From assembly GCA_016933575.1 (NCBI GenBank), contig JAFGAR010000010.1, positions 1-14,821 on the forward strand: DNA of 14,821 nucleotides, given 5' to 3'. The translations under genes were made by a program, and so were the position numbers. This document shows, piece after piece, positions 8,897-14,821 of this stretch. Numbering within the stretch: the first letter of the stretch is position 1; every line of letters starts with the position of its first letter. The notes beneath the pieces were generated by a model that searched no databases, was not told the DNA's origin, and saw nothing but the letters and a program-made list of their open reading frames with translations. The DNA comes from Candidatus Thorarchaeota archaeon. Lineage in GTDB: Archaea; Asgardarchaeota; Thorarchaeia; Thorarchaeales; Thorarchaeaceae.

Positions 8897-9120
8897 ACCT
8901 ATTCATCCCCAATCTCACTGGTGACAAACTTCCTAATGAAGCTTTTAGAAGTAGTGGCTAAGAATGCCAATTGGGGGAAGTTGCCATTAGCTGATAATCA
9001 GGGCTGGATCCACACTATGTAGAATAAATGGCATTACAATAGAGGACAATGTTTCTCAAATTCAATCGGAAAGTCCTGAAAGCAAGTGAATATATACAAC
9101 CTCTTGAATGTGACTCTTAC

Positions 9121-9166
9121 AAAAGTTATACGAATATTTGTCCTATTCCAATAATCTATTAGAATA
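9121..9166 (+). promoter_or_regulatory. Putative promoter plus inverted-repeat operator upstream of the ferritin-like gene
   Basis: AAAAGTTATAC (BRE/TATA-like, 9121-9131) followed by TATTCCAATA-ATC-TATTAGAATA (9144-9166), whose arms match 9 of 10 as an inverted repeat. Confidence 0.5.
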
Positions 9167-9202
9167 TCGACGAACATTCCATAACTTGAGGTGGATTTAG
9201 AA

Positions 9203-9700
9203 ATGGGAAAACGAGGAAGAGAGATTGTAAAACTTGACGTGGATGAGCTGCTCGAACTGCTTAACAAGGCATTCGCTGATGAGTGGCTTGCTTACTACCA
9301 ATATTGGATTGGTGCCAAGGTAGCAGTGGGCCCCATGCGAGGAGCAGTCGTCGCAGAACTAATCGAGCATGCAATGGAGGAGCTCAAGCATGCGGGTATG
9401 TTGACCGAGAGGATCATTCAGCTTGGAGGTACTCCTCTCCTGAAGCCCAGTGATTGGGACAAGCACACCAACTGTGGGTATGAAGCCCCCTCAGATCCTT
9501 CTGTCAAGAAGCTGATCGAGCAGAACATAGAGGCCGAGCGTTGTGCGATCGATGTCTATAACAAGCTGGTCGAGATGACGAAGGATAAGGATCCTATCAC
9601 CTATCATATCGTGCTAGAGATCCTCGAGGACGAGGTGGAGCATGAGGAGGATCTTCAGGCTCTGCATGAAGATATGATGGCCACAAAGAGCATGTTCTAG
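9203..9700 (+). CDS. Ferritin-like protein, DPSL (Dps-like/thioferritin) type
   Basis: Four-helix di-iron ligands ADEWLAYYQY, EELKH, EAERCAI..Y and EDEVEH, plus RIIQLGG.P and the DPSL-type Cys pair (NCGY, ERC). GAGGTGG precedes the ATG at 9203, so the track's GTG 9191 start lies within the RBS. Confidence 0.9.
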   Translation: MGKRGREIVKLDVDELLELLNKAFADEWLAYYQYWIGAKVAVGPMRGAVVAELIEHAMEELKHAGMLTERIIQLGGTPLLKPSDWDKHTNCGYEAPSDPSVKKLIEQNIEAERCAIDVYNKLVEMTKDKDPITYHIVLEILEDEVEHEEDLQALHEDMMATKSMF

Positions 9701-9801
9701 TTTGGCATGTCTTCATCTAACAAGAGATATCTCTCTGATTGATTCTTCTGACAAAGAGAGAAAATCGAGGGCAATCACAGAGGATTGCCCTACGCTATTT
9801 T

Positions 9802-10152
9802 TCAGGAATATGGCTTTCTAATTGGCGGCAAAATCATGATGAAGACGATCAGTACCGCGAACGTAATTGGGAATGCCATCAGCACTGGGTCTGGCAATAG
9901 CAGTATTGCCAATGGTATTGTGATGATGTTGAGGATTATGGCGTACAACCATCCCTCCTTTCGTATTGGCTTGAGGTACATCCATGCAACAAGCATAAGC
10001 GCCAATCCAACTACTACTGGAATAAGCGCAAGGGCACCTATCACCATCAATCCATATAGCGAAAAGAGTGTCAGGAAAGCACCATATCCGATGTTCAAAC
10101 CGAAGAGTATCAACGGAGCTACTTTCTCAAATTCTGCAGATTCAGATGTCAA
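9802..10152 (-). CDS. Small hypothetical membrane protein (about 4 TM)
   Basis: Almost entirely hydrophobic 116-aa ORF with AGGTG upstream of the TTG start. It is convergent with the DPSL gene. Confidence 0.75.
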   Translation of the reverse strand: MTSESAEFEKVAPLILFGLNIGYGAFLTLFSLYGLMVIGALALIPVVVGLALMLVAWMYLKPIRKEGWLYAIILNIITIPLAILLLPDPVLMAFPITFAVLIVFIMILPPIRKPYS

Positions 10153-10412
10153 TTTGTGAACACCTACACTGAAATCCCATCACACATCCAAGTTGCATGC
10201 TGAATTTCGTTCATTGGCAAGAATATACTCCCTCTTTAGTCTGCCGAATCAAATGTCAATTTCTGATCGCTCAGTGATTGCTAATGGCCAGATTCTCTAT
10301 TTCATCGATACTAATAGAAATAATACTATTCAATCAATCAAAAATCACAATATATAGCTAATTAAAATATGACTTCGCGAATTATCTATCCTTTTTGAGG
10401 GAGCGATGTCAA

Positions 10413-12209
10413 ATGAGAAGGATGGTTCGAAAGGTACGACTTCTCCTACTCTGTTCTCTATTGATGGGCACACTTGCTGCATTCCCACCTATGGTTGTGG
10501 AGGTCAGTGCCTATACAGGAAATCATGATGAAACGTTCATAGATGGCTCGTTCATCGATGAGTCCGTTTCCAATATCACGGGAATTGGGTCTGGAGCGAT
10601 TTCGCTTCCGCACCGTGAATTTGATTTGCAGGGATACGAATACATGTCAGGAGGTGGGTCTGAACTTGATATTGTGGGCAACCTTGCGTATATCATCGAC
10701 TACAAGACACTATACATCTACAATATATCTGAAGTAACATCTCCTGATCTGCTTAGTACAACAACAATAACAGCTACATCAGCCTATGCGGATATGGATA
10801 TCGTCGGCGGTTTATTATTCATTCCTACTGAGAGCGGACTGTCCATATACAATATCTCGAATCCTGCATTGCCAACACTTACGAAAAAATACGATCTGGG
10901 TAATCGAAGCTATCAGGTAATCGTAGAGAATGATGTTGCATTTGTAGCATGCTATAGGGAGGGAATCAAGATTCTCAATGTTTCAGATCCTGAAGCAGTT
11001 ATATCGATTGCGAATTATACCTACATGGTTGATAAGGCATACGCTCTGGATTTGCATGGTACCACCTTGTATCTGGGAGAGGAAACCGGATTCCAAATCA
11101 TAGATGTCAGTGATATCTACAATCCCTCTCAAATCTCACAGGTCGCTACAGCTATTGGTGCCGCCTCTGTCCTGGCTGTTGGGAATCTATTTGCGTTCCG
11201 CGCCTCCCAACAAGTATGCCTTTTCGACATCTCAAATCCTGCATCTCCTGAAAGCATATCTAATGTTACTGGCAATTACCACTGCTTCGATATCATCTCC
11301 AATATGCTATTCCGTGCCCAAGATGTGTTTGATATAGTCAATATCACAATCCCCGAACATCCTGTGAAGATCTTCCAGCATCAACGGATTGAAGGCTACG
11401 GACCATACAGGGACTTTGTCTTCACAAATGAGTTCATTTGCTTCACGGGTGACTCTGCCGTGATTGAGATCTATCGATGCAGGAATGTCACAGAGTACTG
11501 GTATCAATATGAGCCGTTCGCAGTAGTCCAATCTGACCCTCTCTTCGAAACATATAACGAGGACGACATTATAGTGGATGTCACACTCCAAGTCGATGCA
11601 TACATCCCAGCTAGCACCTCCATCGTCTACTACGCCTCAGCACGAAATGGGTCGTATTGGAATGAGGTCCTTCCTGATGTGAAGTATAATTTCTATGCTC
11701 GAGGTGAGCAGTTGAAGTGGCGCGCAGAACTCCATAGCTCGAGCTATTCCACATCACCAATTATCTACTCTATCAATATGACCTGCACAGCGCATATTCC
11801 ATCTCCTGAACTGGACGAGCCTTTGTCAGATACGACCCTTGACACGAACACACCATCCTTTGATTGGTACAGTCTCGAGTTCGCAGTGGCTTACCTCTTG
11901 CAGCTCGACACGACCGTGTCATTTGACTCAGAGGACCTCGTGAACCTAACGCTCACAGCATCCGAATATCTAGTCACAGAATCTTTGGATGATGGAAAAT
12001 GGTATTGGCGAGTTGCAGGAATCGATGAGACCGGACAAGTAGGTGAGTTCGCACCGACACGTGCCTTCACCATCAATACTGGCGCAGGTACAGGGACCAG
12101 CACAGGAACCACGTTGCTTCCGCCTGATTTCATGACATACGCAATCATTGGTGGTGTGCTCATTGCTGCTGTTGTGATAGCAGTAGCTGTGAAACGAAGG
12201 AAGAAATAG
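10413..12209 (+). CDS. Secreted, C-terminally anchored LVIVD-repeat (beta-propeller) surface protein with a FN3-like domain
   Basis: Signal peptide; repeats YIYNISEVTSP, SIYNISNPALP, KILNVSDPEA, QIIDVSDIYNP, LFDISNPASP and DIVNITIPEHP; FN3-like TPSFDW...YLLQLD...DGKWYWRVAGID; Gly/Thr linker; TM plus KRRKK. ATG 10413 follows GAGGGAG. Confidence 0.88.
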   Translation: MRRMVRKVRLLLLCSLLMGTLAAFPPMVVEVSAYTGNHDETFIDGSFIDESVSNITGIGSGAISLPHREFDLQGYEYMSGGGSELDIVGNLAYIIDYKTLYIYNISEVTSPDLLSTTTITATSAYADMDIVGGLLFIPTESGLSIYNISNPALPTLTKKYDLGNRSYQVIVENDVAFVACYREGIKILNVSDPEAVISIANYTYMVDKAYALDLHGTTLYLGEETGFQIIDVSDIYNPSQISQVATAIGAASVLAVGNLFAFRASQQVCLFDISNPASPESISNVTGNYHCFDIISNMLFRAQDVFDIVNITIPEHPVKIFQHQRIEGYGPYRDFVFTNEFICFTGDSAVIEIYRCRNVTEYWYQYEPFAVVQSDPLFETYNEDDIIVDVTLQVDAYIPASTSIVYYASARNGSYWNEVLPDVKYNFYARGEQLKWRAELHSSSYSTSPIIYSINMTCTAHIPSPELDEPLSDTTLDTNTPSFDWYSLEFAVAYLLQLDTTVSFDSEDLVNLTLTASEYLVTESLDDGKWYWRVAGIDETGQVGEFAPTRAFTINTGAGTGTSTGTTLLPPDFMTYAIIGGVLIAAVVIAVAVKRRKK

Positions 12210-12323
12210 GCATCATTTTCCGACCTGAGTTTCAGGGTCCATGGACCAAGGTAGTTGTAGGCTCTATCAAATGGTTAATATTCACAATTGTTAATCATGA
12301 TGTCCAGATGAAGGTTGAAGTAG

Positions 12324-12629
12324 ATGCAACTAGAATCCTTGCTAAGTCCTGATGTGTGGCTTATGGCATTCCTGTCCGGTTTTGTGCCTCTAGCCTTTAT
12401 TCTGCTAGTGATCTACAAAGCCTGTACTGCGCGTGCAACAACCGGAGGGTATGCTCGAACACTACCCCGTCCGGTTGATGGCTCCGGTCCGATCTCAGCA
12501 GCCCAAGGGGCAGCTATGTCCTATTTTCCAAATGATACATGTACGTCCACAGGAGCCTTTCCAATAAGCGGTATGGGGCCTTCAGGAAAGGGCGGCTATG
12601 GCTTTCGGCCACATAATAAGGATGAATAG
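12324..12629 (+). CDS. Small single-TM protein with Gly/Pro/Ser/Thr-rich tail
   Basis: One hydrophobic helix at residues ~12-31 followed by a low-complexity tail. GAAGGTTG lies upstream of the ATG. Confidence 0.6.
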   Translation: MQLESLLSPDVWLMAFLSGFVPLAFILLVIYKACTARATTGGYARTLPRPVDGSGPISAAQGAAMSYFPNDTCTSTGAFPISGMGPSGKGGYGFRPHNKDE

Positions 12630-12672
12630 ATATCACCAATTATGCAAGAAAAGAAATGATTGAAGGAAAGCG

Positions 12673-12697
12673 CGGGTGCCCCTTGCGAGGTCATCCG
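12673..12697. other. GC-rich intergenic hairpin (GCAA tetraloop on the minus strand)
   Basis: Minus strand reads CGGATG-A-CCTC-GCAA-GGGG-CACCCG followed by a pyrimidine-rich tract. It may be a terminator or part of a small RNA. Confidence 0.4.
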
Positions 12698-12846
12698 ACC
12701 CTAATTTTACCTTTATCTTCATCCGCCGTCTAGGACTAACTCGTCAATTGTGCAATTACGCTTTGCCAATCCCCTTGATTTGAGAAAAGAATATTTCTAG
12801 TTGCAGTTTTTATGGGTGCATTTTCAAGTAATATTGAGGGCTTGTG

Positions 12847-14358
12847 ATGGCTTCTGAGAAATCAAAGATTGTTGCTTTCAAAGGAATACGTTCTGGTTCT
12901 GAAGTCGAATTGAAGATTGCGAAAAGTGCTACAATACTATGGTTAAATGACAATAGTCTTTCATCTATAGACCTTGATGACATTAGCGAGTTCAATAATA
13001 TTGAGCGAATCTATCTCGAAAATAATTTCCTTTATAATGTGGATTTGTCACCACTCAAGAATAGCTCAAGTTTGAAATGGATAAACATCTCAAATAACGA
13101 GCTTCAGAAAATAGATTTACAGCCACTAGCTTCATGTAAAAGTCTGGCAATTCTTGAACTCGCTTCTAACAAATTAGATGATTTGGACCTATCACCACTG
13201 AGTGAATGCATGGGACTCTCCACGCTCGTACTTTCAGACAATAATCTTCGTGATATTGACTTATCTCCATTGAGAAGGTGTACTAATCTTCAACATATCC
13301 ATCTATCAGGAAACAATCTTGAGGGAGTGGATTTGGAACCTTTGCGGGGATGTAAAGGACTTCAAAATCTGTTCTTGGATAGAAATCAAATCGGTTATCT
13401 CAATCTTTCTCATATCGAATCAGCGAATCTAATTCAGTTGAACTTATCTCGAAATAAAATAGCAGAAATTGATCTAAGTCCTCTAAAATCTGGTGGCTAT
13501 CTGGCAGTAATTGATCTATCGCACAACAACATCAAAAAATTAGATCTCTCTCCTCTTTCCGATAATTCACACATCTGGAAATTGTCACTAATTGGCAATC
13601 CTCTTCCATATCTGGATTTATCTCCAGTCGCACAAAGCTGGTCGGGGAGTTCTTGGTCCCGATCCAAGGTCGTTATTCAACCTCATGATGCAACATACTA
13701 TCAGAACGAGGACGAGAGAGGGAATATTCTCTTGCAAGTAGAAGCGAACACAATATTAGTGATAGATCCCTTTCTAAAGGAAATATTGACATCGAATGAG
13801 AGATATGGATTTTCCCAGGTCATGGATAGGATATCTTGGATTTTAGGTCCTGATCTTGCTGAGAAGATATACAACGATGATGGTTGGCAAGGTGTAAAGA
13901 AGCGTTTGGAGATGCTGCCTAAGAATATCGCACTAAGTGCTCTCTCGATGACTGAATTGGCAGGACTTGAAAAGCCACTAGAAGATGTAACAAATGCGAT
14001 CGAAGAGAACATGTCATTCTCAGAAGGGTTGTATACAGCGTATATGAAGGCGGTCGAACTCCTTGAAAAGCAACTTGAAAGGAATGATTCAACTCACGAG
14101 CTGGATGTTGCAAGAATGAAGGAAACAGTCGCTGCAAGATTGATTCCGAAGATTCTTGAACTTAGAAAGCAGGAACTCAATAGAATTGAACTGAAAAGGG
14201 ATTCAGAAGGGTATATCTCGCTGGAAGAGCTAAAGGGGACCTACTATGGTAGACTGATCTTGGATAAGCTGGGTATCGGTTGGCGCATGAAATCTGAGGA
14301 CCTTGAGGTTTTGAAGTCAACTTTTAGGGAATTGGGACTTGAAATCAAAGGTTCGTAG
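12847..14358 (+). CDS. Leucine-rich repeat protein (about 10 x 24-aa LRR) with an unassigned helical C-terminal domain
   Basis: Consensus LxxLxLxxNxLxxIDLSPLxxCxx, e.g. LSTLVLSDNNLRDIDLSPLRRCTN. No signal peptide or TM is evident. Confidence 0.92.
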   Translation: MASEKSKIVAFKGIRSGSEVELKIAKSATILWLNDNSLSSIDLDDISEFNNIERIYLENNFLYNVDLSPLKNSSSLKWINISNNELQKIDLQPLASCKSLAILELASNKLDDLDLSPLSECMGLSTLVLSDNNLRDIDLSPLRRCTNLQHIHLSGNNLEGVDLEPLRGCKGLQNLFLDRNQIGYLNLSHIESANLIQLNLSRNKIAEIDLSPLKSGGYLAVIDLSHNNIKKLDLSPLSDNSHIWKLSLIGNPLPYLDLSPVAQSWSGSSWSRSKVVIQPHDATYYQNEDERGNILLQVEANTILVIDPFLKEILTSNERYGFSQVMDRISWILGPDLAEKIYNDDGWQGVKKRLEMLPKNIALSALSMTELAGLEKPLEDVTNAIEENMSFSEGLYTAYMKAVELLEKQLERNDSTHELDVARMKETVAARLIPKILELRKQELNRIELKRDSEGYISLEELKGTYYGRLILDKLGIGWRMKSEDLEVLKSTFRELGLEIKGS

Positions 14359-14416
14359 CGTTTTAATACATGCTTATATCACTCTTTGGTGAACAAGTGG
14401 ATAAGGGTGGTGTGTT

Positions 14417-14782
14417 ATGAAGATAAGAACCGATTTCATTACTAATAGTAGCTCTTCTTTGTATCTAATCAAGAATATCACTTCCCAAACAAAAAATCTC
14501 TGGGATCTAATGCAAGAGGCTGCAGGGGGTCCCTGGGAACTGGTTGATTGGGGAGAATACCGTGATGAGGATTGGGATGGAGAAAATCCTCGACAGCTGC
14601 CAGGTGATGATCCTGAGATTCTACAAAGATTTCGAGAAGCTGTGTCAAAGACACGCACATTTCCTCCTAACTCACAACAAGAAATGTGGATTGCTTGGGG
14701 AGATGGAGGTCCAATCTTTTGTCCAAATGGATTGCGCGTTGGACGAACCAAGAGTTTCCACATTGAATATATCGATGGGTAG
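14417..14782 (+). CDS. Hypothetical protein with N-terminal MKIRTDFITNSSSS motif
   Basis: 121-aa ORF with a GGGTGGTG RBS and TTTTAATA TATA-like box at ~14361. Its N-terminus is shared with the next gene. Confidence 0.85.
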   Translation: MKIRTDFITNSSSSLYLIKNITSQTKNLWDLMQEAAGGPWELVDWGEYRDEDWDGENPRQLPGDDPEILQRFREAVSKTRTFPPNSQQEMWIAWGDGGPIFCPNGLRVGRTKSFHIEYIDG

Positions 14783-14789
14783 GAAAGAC

Positions 14790-14821
14790 ATGAAATTAAG
14801 AAATGACTTTGTTACGAATAG
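14790..14821 (+). CDS. Second motif-bearing gene (MKLRNDFVTN[S]...), truncated by window end
   Basis: ATG AAA TTA AGA AAT GAC TTT GTT ACG AAT AG, starting 7 nt after the previous stop. 7 of the first 10 residues are identical to the upstream protein. Confidence 0.8.
   Translation, partial: MKLRNDFVTN

Noticed and set aside
9723-9734. Palindrome AGAGATATCTCT between convergent genes
   Set aside because: It is short and low-complexity, plausible by chance, and has no supporting U-tract.
9034-10159. ORFs 9034-9267 (-) and 9785-10159 (+)
   Set aside because: The first is antisense to the DPSL start and its poly-Ser is a mirror artefact. The second is antisense to a coherent 4-TM gene that has an RBS.
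12659-12780. tRNA, hammerhead/HDV ribozyme or SECIS assignment for the intergenic structure
   Set aside because: I found no cloverleaf or T-loop, no CUGAnGA/GAAA core, and no adjacent Sec-codon gene. It is kept only as an unassigned hairpin.
12940-13630. Recurring gatctNtcNcc-like DNA words as a CRISPR array or DGR repeats
   Set aside because: They have a 72-nt period, are degenerate at third positions and are explained by LRR coding. No cas or reverse transcriptase gene is present in the window.
14374-14763. Minus-strand 129-aa and 60-aa ORFs
   Set aside because: The plus-strand gene is supported by an RBS and by the motif shared with the next gene.

Overview
Gene-dense archaeal window. 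The putative TATA boxes, GGTG/GAGG ribosome-binding sites, the style of the surface beta-helix protein and the 24-aa IDLSPL-type LRR protein resemble Asgard (Thorarchaeia-like) genomes; this lineage call is an inference. From left to right it holds: a truncated iron-sulfur flavoprotein missed by the ORF track; a 54-aa, 10-Cys desulforedoxin-like protein; a MacB/LolCDE-type ABC ATPase and permease divergent from a winged-HTH regulator and a membrane protein; a 981-aa membrane-anchored protein of unknown family downstream of a NUDT22-like Nudix hydrolase; a NosD-like beta-helix surface protein; a DPSL/thioferritin-type ferritin-like gene with a palindromic operator candidate; an LVIVD-repeat surface protein; small membrane proteins; and an LRR protein. 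At the right edge, two tandem genes share the N-terminal motif MKxRxDF(I/V)TNS. It is conserved at the protein level, not the DNA level, and is the strongest candidate for an undescribed system, probably continuing beyond the window. I saw no rRNA, tRNA, CRISPR array or transposase.
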